From the IMG/VR virus record IMGVR_UViG_2623620552_000001, positions 1 through 64,000 of that record: DNA of 64,000 nucleotides. The stretch is one strand, 5' to 3'. Position 1 is the stretch's first letter. Each line of letters opens with the position of its first letter. Positions 1 through 10,092 of the stretch are shown in pieces. Both the position numbers and the translations under genes were made by a program. The notes beneath the pieces were generated by a model. That model saw only the letters and a program-made list of their open reading frames with translations, had not been told where the DNA came from and made no database searches. The DNA comes from a virus (taxonomy: Duplodnaviria > Caudoviricetes).

Positions 1-105
1 TTTTTGCAAATGTACAGTATAGAATGTAATTATATCATCTTCAGTTATTTACAAAAACATAAAATCTAACACTGAGAGAAATTTGCAAGTTTATTAGAAA
101 ATTCT

Positions 106-756
106 CTATTTTAGAGCAATAACTGCAAGCACCTTATACCACCCCCTTATATCAACTTTAAAGACATTAAAATCAGGATAGTTAGGATTAATAGAATGGC
201 ATACTACCTGCTTTTCGTCAATAGTACACGGAAAGACGTTCTTAATGATAATGCCGTTTACTGTGTCAAGGACGAATGTATGTCCCCAATCAATAAAAGC
301 CTTATCGTTTATTTTCTTTAGAAAAACTTTACTTCCGTTAGGAAATTCAGGTGACATAGAGTCTCCAGAAATAGTAATTGCTAAAGTTGCTTCTTTGACA
401 GGGGATATGATTTTCTCGCAATCATACTCCATAACCGAATCTTCAAATTCACTGAGCGTCCCTCCTATTGCTTTTACAGGAAGCAGAGGTATCAACACAC
501 CAGAAATATCCGGCTTTAAAGGAATCCTCATTTCGCCTATTCCTTTTTCTATCCACTCTGGATTAACTTGTGCATCTATCTTTTCTTTAATTTCATCCCA
601 CACCTCTCTTCTTATGTAACCACCTTGCTGAAACGTATTACGGAAATAAGAGTTAGATTTTCCTATAATAGCTGTTATACCGTTAATAGTAGTATTGTTA
701 GCACTTGCAAACTTGCTAAGTCTGTCCATGAATGCTCTTGTCTGTTCGTCTGTCAT
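106..756 (-). CDS. CI/LexA-like repressor with C-terminal S24 peptidase domain
   Basis: N-terminal HTH-like region and ISGDSMSPEFPNGS/IIIK S24 motifs; divergent from early genes. Confidence 0.85.
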   Translation of the reverse strand: MTDEQTRAFMDRLSKFASANNTTINGITAIIGKSNSYFRNTFQQGGYIRREVWDEIKEKIDAQVNPEWIEKGIGEMRIPLKPDISGVLIPLLPVKAIGGTLSEFEDSVMEYDCEKIISPVKEATLAITISGDSMSPEFPNGSKVFLKKINDKAFIDWGHTFVLDTVNGIIIKNVFPCTIDEKQVVCHSINPNYPDFNVFKVDIRGWYKVLAVIALK

Positions 757-814
757 AATTCTAAAATTCTATTAATAGTACTTAATTATTATTATATTAT
801 TCTCTATTTATTAT

Positions 815-898
815 TAACTTTGATAGTAATTTATTAATTTTGGAGTGAAATTTAATCACTTGCATCATTTCGTTGGTGCAAATTTAATAGTAATTTAT
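815..898. promoter_or_regulatory. Genetic switch: rightward (TAATTTTG 835-842) and leftward (TAAATTTG 886-879) -7 promoter elements with repeated ATAGTAATTTAT (823-834, 887-898)
   Basis: Both match the Bacteroidetes TAnnTTTG consensus and lie between the repressor and the cro-like gene. Confidence 0.65.
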
Positions 899-926
899 GA
901 TTTAATATATTAAAAGGTAGTTAAAT

Positions 927-1133
927 ATGGTTTATAAAAGTAAAATGGAGTATTATCGTGCCGTGATTCAGTTCTATGGCGATTGTATTGCAAAAGGAAT
1001 GCTTAAAGGAGAAGCGAATAAGGCTACAAGAGAAAAATTCTCTATTGCAAGCCCGGATACTATCTATAAAATCATCCGAAGAGTTGTAAAACGGCGGAGT
1101 GACGAAAATATGGGAGGTATGGCAAATGGTTAG
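927..1133 (+). CDS. Small Cro-like DNA-binding protein
   Basis: First gene divergent from the repressor; basic, with an HTH-like C-terminal half. Confidence 0.5.
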   Translation: MVYKSKMEYYRAVIQFYGDCIAKGMLKGEANKATREKFSIASPDTIYKIIRRVVKRRSDENMGGMANG

Positions 1134-1323
1134 TGAAATGCCAAATGTGAAGAAGCAAGGCAAGTATAGTGCAAAAGAAACAGCACTTGCTCTTGGTATA
1201 GACCCGAAAACCCTTTGGAGGCATACGCAACTTAACCACATACATTGCGAACGTCGCAAGTGTAATGGCAGACCTGTGTACCTCGGAGAAGAGATCATCC
1301 GTTATTGGGGTGCTATGTATTAA
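1099..1323 (+). CDS. Excisionase-like HTH protein
   Basis: YSAKETALALGIDPKTLWR HTH_17/MerR-like pattern; true start may be 1126. Confidence 0.65.
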   Translation: MTKIWEVWQMVSEMPNVKKQGKYSAKETALALGIDPKTLWRHTQLNHIHCERRKCNGRPVYLGEEIIRYWGAMY

Positions 1324-1335
1324 TAAGGTACGCGT

Positions 1336-2007
1336 ATGAAAAGGGATAGTTATATCTTCTATAGAAACTGGTGGGAAACATTTCGTAACATGCCAAATGA
1401 GTTAAGGTTGCAAATATATGATAGTATTATGCAATATGCTTTTGAAAGGAGTATAGACGGAATACCCGTTGTTGCTATGGGGTTTGTAAATATGGCTAAA
1501 CCTCTCATTGATAAAGATTTTGCTAAATACGAAGCTATCTGTCAGAGAAATAAAGCCAATGGGTTACGTGGAGGCAGACCTAAAACCCAGATAAAACCCA
1601 GTGATAACCCAGAAAACCCACTGGGTTCTTTGGGTTCTGTTACGGAAACCCAAAACAACCCAGAGAAACCTTATAATGATAAAATGATAAATGATAATGA
1701 TATATATAATAAACCTAAAGGTTATGAAAAATTTGATTTCTCATTCCTAGAGGAACCATTTAGAGTTTTGTTCAATAGGTGGCTGGATTACAAGAAAGGT
1801 CGTGGAGAGAAATATAAAACACAAGATTCACTTCAAACAGCATTCAGAAAATTAAAGAGTTTAAGCAACGACAACCCTGATGAAGCTGCTGAGATTGTAG
1901 AACAAAGTATTGGTAATAACTGGGCAGGCTTATTCGCATTAAAGAATCAGAATAACGGCATAAACACTGGCAAAATACAGAAGGAGGGGTTTGAATGGAA
2001 ACAATAA
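1336..2007 (+). CDS. Replisome organiser/initiator (DUF6291-like N-terminus)
   Basis: DSYIFYRNW...NKANGLRGGRP N-terminus, low-complexity linker, SIGNNWAGLF C-terminus; directly upstream of a DnaC-like gene. Confidence 0.75.
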   Translation: MKRDSYIFYRNWWETFRNMPNELRLQIYDSIMQYAFERSIDGIPVVAMGFVNMAKPLIDKDFAKYEAICQRNKANGLRGGRPKTQIKPSDNPENPLGSLGSVTETQNNPEKPYNDKMINDNDIYNKPKGYEKFDFSFLEEPFRVLFNRWLDYKKGRGEKYKTQDSLQTAFRKLKSLSNDNPDEAAEIVEQSIGNNWAGLFALKNQNNGINTGKIQKEGFEWKQ

Positions 2008-2573
2008 GTACTATATATCAGCAAATAAAGGATGGCACGGCAATAATGCCGGTGGAGTTTAAAGTTCTCAACGCAAAGAAGCGGATTCTAAACGGCTTTA
2101 AATATTTCTGTGGTGAACACGCTCAGTGGTTGCCAGAGTATCAAAAAGTTGCTGATTGGTTAGAGGACACAAAAGGCAGAGGATTATTCCTTATTGGTTC
2201 CAACGGCAGAGGCAAGAGCGTTATAGCGACAAAAATACTGCCCTGGTTCTTTAAGGAGCAAGGTTTCGGATATGAGATATTCCTTGCCAGCGAGATAAAT
2301 CAACATAAGTCAGAGGTAATGTACCCAAAGATTCTCTGTATAGATGATATAGGAGTAGAGGACACGGCTAATGACTACGGAGAGAAGATAAATGTATTTG
2401 CAAAGGTTATGGACGAAGTAGAAAGAAAAAAGAAGATGATTATCATAACATCAAATTTAACACAGATACAGCTTGAAAAGAAATATTCCACAAGAACTAT
2501 TGATAGAATCAACGGATGTTGCAAAGTAGTAGCATTTAATGGAGAGAGTTTAAGAGGTAAGTTTAACATATAA
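1995..2573 (+). CDS. DnaC/IstB-like helicase loader ATPase
   Basis: Walker A GSNGRGKS, Walker B LCIDDIG, IITSNL, RTIDRI. Confidence 0.85.
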   Translation: METISTIYQQIKDGTAIMPVEFKVLNAKKRILNGFKYFCGEHAQWLPEYQKVADWLEDTKGRGLFLIGSNGRGKSVIATKILPWFFKEQGFGYEIFLASEINQHKSEVMYPKILCIDDIGVEDTANDYGEKINVFAKVMDEVERKKKMIIITSNLTQIQLEKKYSTRTIDRINGCCKVVAFNGESLRGKFNI

Positions 2574-2584
2574 CAAGTACAACA

Positions 2585-4513
2585 ATGACAAGAATCAAAT
2601 TACAATCAATCGCGATTAACAACTTTAAAGGCATTCGGTTCTTAAAGTTGAATTTTGAGGGCAAAGACTCCACTATTCAAGGAGCTAACGGCTCGGGTAA
2701 GACAACTATCTATAAGGCATATTACTGGTGTCTTACAGGTAAGACTATCGAACCTAACGAAACGGTTCAGACTTTGGACCAGGACAATGAAATAGTCCAC
2801 AAGATAGAAACATCGGTAGAAATGACTCTACTCATTGATGATAGCTATGAAGTCATTCTAAAGAGAACCCTTACAGAGAAATGGAAAGCAAAAGGAATGC
2901 CGAATGAAACTTTTGACGGAACGGAGCAGAAGCAATTCTTCAACGAGATTCCTTTTAATAAGAAAGAGTTTGAAGCAAAACTGAACGGGATATGTGATTT
3001 AGAGAAATGGATTCTTCTCTCTAATATCAATACTTTTATGCAACTTAAAGCCGACGACCGCCGTAAGATGCTTATCAGTATGGCCGGAGAAGTAAATGAG
3101 CAAGAATTAATGAAGCCCTACCCTGCTATTATGAAGGCTATAAATGTAGAGAAGAAGAATATAGAAGAATTACAGAAACAAGTTCTCTCTACTAAGAAGC
3201 GTTCTAATGACGAGTTAAAGACCGTTCCGAGCCAGATAGATGCACAGGACAGACTTAAAATAAATGAGGATTTCGAAGCTAAGAAGAAAGAAAAGGGCGT
3301 TATTGAACAGCAGATTGCCGATATTGACCGTCAACTTGAAGGTAGTAACGAGGAGTTAGAAGCCGCAAAGAAACATAGAGAGGAAATTCAATCCATCACC
3401 GCTAAGATAGCGGAAGCTGAAAAGTCTTGGCGCATCAATTACGATAAAGAGCGAGAGGAAGCCACCAAAGCTCTCTCCAATGCACAATCCGAGTATGATA
3501 GCGCATTAAAGAGTAAAGAAACTATTGTTGAAGAGCAAGTAAAGAAAGCAACTAATATTAAATCCTTAGAAGAGGAGTTTGACAAGAAGAAAGAAGAATG
3601 GGAGAAAGTTAATCTCACAGTTTACACCGCCGAAACTCTTACCGCTTGCCCTGTATGCGGACACGTCTTTACCAAAGAAGAGAAGATTGCGAAAGGAAAT
3701 GCGGCAATAGAGCACTTTAACGCCGATAAGTCGGAGAAGTTAAAGAAACTCTTAGAAGAGGCCGGAATGATAAAACAGCAAATAACGGCTCTCACGGGTT
3801 CTTATAACGAAGGTAAACAAATTATATTACCGCAAGCCGAAACGCTGTTAGCGTCCAAACAAACCGCCTTAGATGAAAAGAAAAAGGAACTTGAAGCAAT
3901 TAAAGCGAAGAAAATAGAGGACGATAGCAATATTTCTAAGTTAAAGAGCGAACTTTCAACAGTTGAAAATAAAGTCCCTTCCTCTACAGATAACGGTGAT
4001 AAGCAATCACTAAGAGATAAGAAGAAAGAACTTACGGAAACTAAAGACGCTCTTACCAAGATACTTGCCGGAGAAGAAACCAACCGACGCATTGAAGAGG
4101 AAAAAGAGAAACTTAACAAACGAGCCGAGGAACTTGCTCAGATAGTTGCCGACTGTGATAATACTCTTTATCAGATAATGGAGTACAAGAAATCCAAGAT
4201 AAGTGCTATTGAAAGCAAAATTAACGGGTTCTTTCAGATAGCACGCTGGAAATTCTTTAAGAAGAATATAACTGACGAAAACTATTCTGAGGTATGCGAA
4301 TGCTTACATAATGGAGTAGATTATAACTCTACTAACGCTGCCGACAAGATAAACCTCGGAGTGGATATTGTATCAAGTATCGGCAAAGCATACGGAATAG
4401 AGGCTCCTGTGTGGGTAGACTTCCGCGAGTCGGTAGCCGACTTGCTGAAAGTCGATAATCAAGTTATATCGCTTGAACACGTAGCAAATGCTACACTTAC
4501 ATTAAATAATTAA
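2585..4513 (+). CDS. SMC/Rad50-like coiled-coil ATPase of the phage recombination module
   Basis: Walker A GANGSGKT, long coiled coils, central CPVC hook, C-terminal APVWVD Walker-B-like motif. Confidence 0.85.
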   Translation: MTRIKLQSIAINNFKGIRFLKLNFEGKDSTIQGANGSGKTTIYKAYYWCLTGKTIEPNETVQTLDQDNEIVHKIETSVEMTLLIDDSYEVILKRTLTEKWKAKGMPNETFDGTEQKQFFNEIPFNKKEFEAKLNGICDLEKWILLSNINTFMQLKADDRRKMLISMAGEVNEQELMKPYPAIMKAINVEKKNIEELQKQVLSTKKRSNDELKTVPSQIDAQDRLKINEDFEAKKKEKGVIEQQIADIDRQLEGSNEELEAAKKHREEIQSITAKIAEAEKSWRINYDKEREEATKALSNAQSEYDSALKSKETIVEEQVKKATNIKSLEEEFDKKKEEWEKVNLTVYTAETLTACPVCGHVFTKEEKIAKGNAAIEHFNADKSEKLKKLLEEAGMIKQQITALTGSYNEGKQIILPQAETLLASKQTALDEKKKELEAIKAKKIEDDSNISKLKSELSTVENKVPSSTDNGDKQSLRDKKKELTETKDALTKILAGEETNRRIEEEKEKLNKRAEELAQIVADCDNTLYQIMEYKKSKISAIESKINGFFQIARWKFFKKNITDENYSEVCECLHNGVDYNSTNAADKINLGVDIVSSIGKAYGIEAPVWVDFRESVADLLKVDNQVISLEHVANATLTLNN

Positions 4514-4516
4514 CAT

Positions 4517-5110
4517 ATGAAAGAAGAATGGAAAGACGTAGTAGGCTATGAAGGATTCTATCAAGTATCTAGTATTGGTAGAGTAAGGTCTATGGATAAG
4601 AAGATAGGCAATAAAACCTATAAAGGGAGAATGCTTAAAGTTATCAATACTAAGCGTTACAATGTAGTATGCCTATGTTCTAATGGAGTACAGAAGCAAA
4701 AATTAGTTCACACTCTAGTAGCGGAGGCATTTATTCCTAACCCTGAAAACAAACCATACGTAGACCATATAGATACTAACATGACAAATAACAAAGTAGA
4801 TAATCTTCGTTGGGTTACCCCTAAAGAGAATTCTAATAATCCTCTTACTTTGAAGCATCAATCATTAAGCCAAAAAGGTTTAGTGAAAAAGCATTGGCCT
4901 TGTTCAGAACAAGCTAAGAAGAATATTGCTTTAGCGAAGTCAAGGCCTGTAAAGTGTTGCGACTTAGAAGGAAATGAAGTTGCACAATTTGACCTCTTAA
5001 AAGATGCTGCGAAATTCGCAGGAATATCTATTTTTGCTATCTATCACAATTTACAAGGACAAACAAAGACGGCTGGCGGTTATCGTTGGTCATTAGTAAA
5101 TAACATTTAA
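4517..5110 (+). CDS. NUMOD4-HNH homing endonuclease with C-terminal NUMOD1-like domain
   Basis: EEWKDVVGYEGFYQVSSIGRVRS; VDHIDTNMTNNKVDNLRWVT; KTAGGYRW. Confidence 0.9.
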   Translation: MKEEWKDVVGYEGFYQVSSIGRVRSMDKKIGNKTYKGRMLKVINTKRYNVVCLCSNGVQKQKLVHTLVAEAFIPNPENKPYVDHIDTNMTNNKVDNLRWVTPKENSNNPLTLKHQSLSQKGLVKKHWPCSEQAKKNIALAKSRPVKCCDLEGNEVAQFDLLKDAAKFAGISIFAIYHNLQGQTKTAGGYRWSLVNNI

Positions 5111-5123
5111 AAACTACAGTATT

Positions 5124-5912
5124 ATGGAAGAAAATCAATTAGTGGTTCAAGAACAGAGCCAAGTAGCAAAGATTAATCTCTTTGCATCAAAAGAGGCATT
5201 TGAGTTAGGCCAAAGAATGGCGGCAGTTTTTGCTCAATCAACTCTTGTGCCGAAACAGTATCAGGGTAATATAGGTAACTGTATTATCGGTCTTAATATT
5301 GCATCAAGAATGGGTGCCGACCCGTTAATGGTTTTTCAGAATCTCGTTATCGTACACAACGTGCCGACATTTGAAGCTAAGTTTGCTATCGCCTGCTTTA
5401 ATGCAACGGGCAAGTATACGGCTATCAAGTACAAGACAGTCGGAGATGTGGGCAAGGATACTTACGGTATGCAAGCCTATGCAATAGAGAAAGCCACTGG
5501 CGAACTTGTCGAAGGACCCATTATCACTATTGCAATGGCAAAAGCAGAAGGCTGGTACAATCAGAATCCTAAATGGAAGAATATTCCCGACCTTATGCTC
5601 CGCTATCGTGCGGCTTCATGGTTTATCCGCACTACTGACCCCGGTGTGATGATGGGCTTCCAGACTCGCGAGGAGGTAGAGGATATTTCGGATGAATTAG
5701 AGGAGATTGTCGAAATGCCAACAGATGCTGCACAAGAAGCCGAGCAGAACGCTAACACAGAGCAGATTGTTATCCCTACAACCGTAGAGGAACCAAAAGA
5801 ACATGATGCTTCTGTCGCAGAACCCGAGAAGAAAGAAGAACCGAAAGAAGAAGAAAAGCCAAAGGCTGCAAAGCCGATGGGCGCATCCGAAACCCCTGAA
5901 CTCTTTAAGTAA
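5124..5912 (+). CDS. RecT-like single-strand annealing protein
   Basis: LVPKQYQGN, AKAEGW...KW...LMLRYRAASWFIR motifs and an acidic tail; sits between the AAA and MBL genes. Confidence 0.7.
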   Translation: MEENQLVVQEQSQVAKINLFASKEAFELGQRMAAVFAQSTLVPKQYQGNIGNCIIGLNIASRMGADPLMVFQNLVIVHNVPTFEAKFAIACFNATGKYTAIKYKTVGDVGKDTYGMQAYAIEKATGELVEGPIITIAMAKAEGWYNQNPKWKNIPDLMLRYRAASWFIRTTDPGVMMGFQTREEVEDISDELEEIVEMPTDAAQEAEQNANTEQIVIPTTVEEPKEHDASVAEPEKKEEPKEEEKPKAAKPMGASETPELFK

Positions 5913-5914
5913 GG

Positions 5915-6646
5915 ATGATGACACTTGATATAATCGATTCAGGCTCCAAAGCTAACGGTTATGTTTTGCACAACGAGAGCGAGGCAATCATAATAGAATG
6001 TGGTTGCCCACTCTTGGAGTGTGAAAAGATACTGAATTTTAACATAAGTAAAGTAAAAGCTGTACTTATATCCCACGAACACGGAGACCACGCGAGATTC
6101 GCCAAGCAATACGCCTCAAACGCATTAAAAATATGTTCCACAAAAGGAACACTTGACGCTATTGGTATAGACAAAACGTTTAGAAGAGAAATGAGGCTGC
6201 TAAGTCTGCATCGCTTTGGAGATTTCCTTGTTATGCCTTTTAAAACGCAGCACGACGCAGTAGACCCTTGTGGCTTCTTAATTGATTGCCCCGATGGAAA
6301 TAGAATTGTCTTTGCAACTGATACTTACTATCTAAGATATACCTTTCCAAGAGTTAACTATTATATGATAGAATGTAATTACTCCAAAGAAATCTTAAAG
6401 AGTAACGTGAAGAACGGGATTATTCATCCTACCGTAGCAAAACGTATCACCGAGAGCCATATGTCCGATGATAGGTGTATGAGTACCCTCATAGCAAATG
6501 ATTTGTCAGAAACAAAAGGGATAATACTACTGCACGGTTCAAGAGATAATAGTTCAGAGAGGAAACCTCTAATAGATAAGATTCAGAAGATAACAGGTAG
6601 AGCCGTTTATATAGCCCAAAAGAAAACAAACTTAACTCTCTTATGA
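5915..6646 (+). CDS. Metallo-beta-lactamase-fold nuclease
   Basis: SHEHGDH, HDA, ATDT, IECNY, SHMS motifs. Confidence 0.85.
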   Translation: MMTLDIIDSGSKANGYVLHNESEAIIIECGCPLLECEKILNFNISKVKAVLISHEHGDHARFAKQYASNALKICSTKGTLDAIGIDKTFRREMRLLSLHRFGDFLVMPFKTQHDAVDPCGFLIDCPDGNRIVFATDTYYLRYTFPRVNYYMIECNYSKEILKSNVKNGIIHPTVAKRITESHMSDDRCMSTLIANDLSETKGIILLHGSRDNSSERKPLIDKIQKITGRAVYIAQKKTNLTLL

Positions 6647-6882
6647 AACAGCAGAAAATAATTAATAAAGTCTATTTTGTTGCCGTTATACAAGACGACA
6701 AAGTAAAAGAGATTCTTACTGGCAAGTGTTTGGACGACATAATGTTTAGTATAAAACTTAAATACCGAGTATTTCAAACACAGATAATGGAATATAACGA
6801 CGAGCACAATATCTACGTCCCTGATGTCAATGAACACTTAATGATGATACGGCGGCAACAACAGAACCATAATTATAAATAA
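6643..6882 (+). CDS. Hypothetical phage protein
   Basis: ATGA overlap with the upstream gene. Confidence 0.55.
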   Translation: MKQQKIINKVYFVAVIQDDKVKEILTGKCLDDIMFSIKLKYRVFQTQIMEYNDEHNIYVPDVNEHLMMIRRQQQNHNYK

Positions 6883-6987
6883 TACTTAATTCTAATAAAT
6901 TATTATTAATTAATTATTATTCTTAATACTTTATTCATAGTATTTTATTAATTTTGGAGTAAAGTTTAACATATAAACCCGACAGCG

Positions 6988-7161
6988 ATGAAAGAGATAA
7001 GCATTGACGTAATGGTGTCAGGTGGCACTAAGTACTACGGCACATTAAAGTTCATGTGGGACTTTGGTAAGATTCTTACAGAGAAGAAGGTGCATAGCCT
7101 TGTGGTAAGCAAATACCCTACATTGAAGTATGAGAAGTTTACGGTAGCATTTAATAGGTAA
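6988..7161 (+). CDS. Small hypothetical protein (57 aa, MKEISIDVMV...), not in the ORF track
   Basis: Translated by hand; first ORF after the promoter motif at 6949-6960. Confidence 0.6.
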   Translation: MKEISIDVMVSGGTKYYGTLKFMWDFGKILTEKKVHSLVVSKYPTLKYEKFTVAFNR

Positions 7162-7166
7162 AGCGT

Positions 7167-8354
7167 ATGAAGAGTATCAAAGAATTTGCGACAGAGTATG
7201 CACAGGACAAGTACCTTCCTGTTCAGACATCCCAAGCAGTAAAAGCAGGTGCAAACTATGTGCTTGATGAAGTTGAGTGTATTCTTGAAGAATACAAGCT
7301 TTCGGACTGCGAGGAAATATGTAACGAGTTAATAGCATTGGTTGGACAACTAAAGAAATAAGGTTATGAGTACATTTCCATGCGATATTTGTAATAAATG
7401 TGTTAGAACAAAGGTTGTATATCAGACAGTTCTAACGCCTAATGATAGTGAAGAAAAGTGTGAATACGGTTGTACTTTGTACAATATTCCATGTGACACA
7501 AACGCTGGTAGTAGATGTAAGTCGGTAAGAAAGTGGTTGAAAAAGAACTATTAAATGAATAAGGCTATGACACAAGAAGAACAATTGGTGATACAAGCAA
7601 AAGCAAAAGAATATGCAGAACTGCGTACAGAGCAACTACCTGACTTTATAAAATCTAATGTAGTTCGCGATGCTTTATATTGTGCTTACCTTGAAGGTGC
7701 TGGTATTAGAACAAAATGAATTTGAATAACTATGGCAACAATTACAGAAAATAACGAGGTAATGCAAGAAATGAAACAAAATCTTGCACAAAAAATACAC
7801 GATGATGTTCTTGCTCTTTTGGAAAAATACGAAGAACCTTGCTTGGCTCTTAAAATGAGTATTGACATTGACGCAAGTGTTAAGATTGTACATTATAGTG
7901 GAAATGGTAGAAGAAGCAATCCTCCTATGACCATTGCAGAGACTAAAGCAAATTATAGTACACATGGAATAATAAATTGGAACGATTAACTATGGCAACA
8001 ATTAGAGCATACACGACCATTGAGCAAAGTCGTAAGTTGGCAGAGATACTTACGCTTGAAAGTGCGGATTGCTTTTGGGATTACGATGAACTACAAAAGT
8101 ATCATCGTATAAATTGGTTTGAAGATGGCTATGACAAAGATGGTCAACTTAGACTTAACAAGAACAATGTTTGTGCTTGGAGTCTTGCAAGTTTGCTTGG
8201 TGTTTTGCCAAAAGGAACTAACATAAGTACCCCTGACTCTCTCAATAAAATTAGGTATAGTTGCTGGAACGATTATGATATAACCTATGCAGACAATCCT
8301 GTTGATGCTTGCGTGGCTATGATTGAGAAATTACACGAACTTAAAATGTTGTGA
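7167..8354 (+). CDS. Run of small hypothetical early genes (7167-7361, 7366-7554, 7555-7719, 7732-7989, 7977-8354)
   Basis: Tightly packed co-oriented ORFs; 7366-7554 is Cys-rich; 7555-7719 found by hand. Confidence 0.6.
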
Positions 8355-10090
8355 CTATGGACTACGAAAAGAAAAACAAAGATGCTATTAGCACTATCAA
8401 GCAAGCACTTAGACAACTTGCAACGAATGGTGTTCCTGTTGGTAATATAATAGAAGCCATAAAGGATATAGAAGAAAAGTACGCAGAGAGCGAGGGTGAG
8501 AGGATAAGGAAACTTCTTATTGAAGCGGTGATTCAAGTTTTGCAAGACCAATATTGTTCTAATAGAGGTGTTTCAAAAGAAAAGGTTCTTGCTTGGCTTG
8601 AAAAGCAAGGTCAAACTTTTACCAAGAAAGATGTAGATGATGCTTATCTCAAAGGTGTATGTGATACAAAGCACGAACTTGAAAAGCAAGGTAAGCAGAA
8701 GCCTGCTAATGAGGTTGAACATAAGTTTAATGTTGGTGATTTCCTTGTAAGTGATTATTGTATGGGCAAAGTAGTTGAACTTACTAATGACGCTTATCTC
8801 TTAGACACAGAACAAGGCATCCCCTTCTCTTGTGAACATAATGCCCATATCTGGACTATCCAAGATGCAAAGGATGGTGATGTGCTTTTTACTTCATCTA
8901 CAGCAAGCCATGAAACTTTTATATTCAAAGGCATAGATGAAAAGGGTAATACAAAATGCTATTTTTCTTATGATTCTGAAGACGGTTTTAGAGAAGGTAT
9001 ATATCATTTCATTGGTAGGGCAACAAACTGCAAACCAGCAACCAAAGAACAGCGTGACCTATTATTTAAGAAGATGCACGAAGCAGGCTATGAATGGGAT
9101 GCTGAGAAGAAAGAGTTGAAGAAGATTGAGCAGAAGAAGACTCCCATAGAGGGAGAGTTCCCGTATGATAATCCTTCTGACACCTTAGAGGGTGAGATAG
9201 AGAATATATGGGGAAAGTTAAGTAGTGGAGATAGATTCTCTGCCACCAAAGAGGGTTTTCGCGAAGTAATAACCCACTTCGTTAATTATATTAAAGAACA
9301 AGATGACTGGAAACTTGTAGAGCAGAAGCCTGCTTGGAGTGAAGAGGACGATATTATGGCACATGATATAGACTATGCTCTCAGGTGTCAGATAACCTAC
9401 CCAATATCAAGATTACAGTCTATGTCTACTTGGATTAATAATCTTAAAGAAAGAGTGCAACCAAATCCTGCTTGGAGTGAGGAAGACAGAAGAATGCTTA
9501 TTGGTCTTATTGATGAATTAGATGCAATTATGAATAAGGCAACACCAAATGAAATATCTGTTTATAGTAAGTATGCAAACTGGCTCAATTCCATCAAAGA
9601 TAGAGTTGGTTGTAAAGTGAATTGCACAACCACAAAACAGAGAAGTGAAGAAATGGGCAAATTGTTTCTTGATGCGATTTCACTACTTAGAGACTATGCA
9701 AGTGGTGTCGATAAAAATAGTCAATTAGGGAAGAAGATTGGTAGAGCAGACGCATTCCTTTCAGACCTCTATCACAATGCCTTTTATCCATCTACTCATA
9801 ATATGAGAGAAGATTTAAGAAAAGCTGAGTGGAGTAAAGAGGATGAATACTATTATGGAATTATTCAGCATATCCTAAATAACGAATGGGTTAAGGAAAT
9901 TGATGAAGAGAATGCAATTAATTGGTTTAAATCTCTCAAAGAAAGATACATTTGGAAACCGAGTGATGAGCAGATGAAAGCACTTGAACATGCAATTAAT
10001 TGCTATTCGGGTGTCTCTCCAACTAACACAGAAGAAGTTTATACTCTCGAAATTATGAAAGAGCAATTAAAGAAATTAAGGGAGGAATAG
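8351..10090 (+). CDS. Mosaic hypothetical protein with repeated (P)AWSEED/WKPSDEQ modules
   Basis: KPAWSEED, NPAWSEED, AEWSKED, WKPSDEQ and LEKQG repeats. Confidence 0.75.
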   Translation: MTMDYEKKNKDAISTIKQALRQLATNGVPVGNIIEAIKDIEEKYAESEGERIRKLLIEAVIQVLQDQYCSNRGVSKEKVLAWLEKQGQTFTKKDVDDAYLKGVCDTKHELEKQGKQKPANEVEHKFNVGDFLVSDYCMGKVVELTNDAYLLDTEQGIPFSCEHNAHIWTIQDAKDGDVLFTSSTASHETFIFKGIDEKGNTKCYFSYDSEDGFREGIYHFIGRATNCKPATKEQRDLLFKKMHEAGYEWDAEKKELKKIEQKKTPIEGEFPYDNPSDTLEGEIENIWGKLSSGDRFSATKEGFREVITHFVNYIKEQDDWKLVEQKPAWSEEDDIMAHDIDYALRCQITYPISRLQSMSTWINNLKERVQPNPAWSEEDRRMLIGLIDELDAIMNKATPNEISVYSKYANWLNSIKDRVGCKVNCTTTKQRSEEMGKLFLDAISLLRDYASGVDKNSQLGKKIGRADAFLSDLYHNAFYPSTHNMREDLRKAEWSKEDEYYYGIIQHILNNEWVKEIDEENAINWFKSLKERYIWKPSDEQMKALEHAINCYSGVSPTNTEEVYTLEIMKEQLKKLREE

Positions 10091-10092
10091 TT

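Noticed and set aside
1-105. Possible att site or integrase promoter at the left edge
   Set aside because: A TACATTTG box (14-7, - strand) suggests a gene beyond the edge, but no integrase or matching repeat is visible to support an att call.
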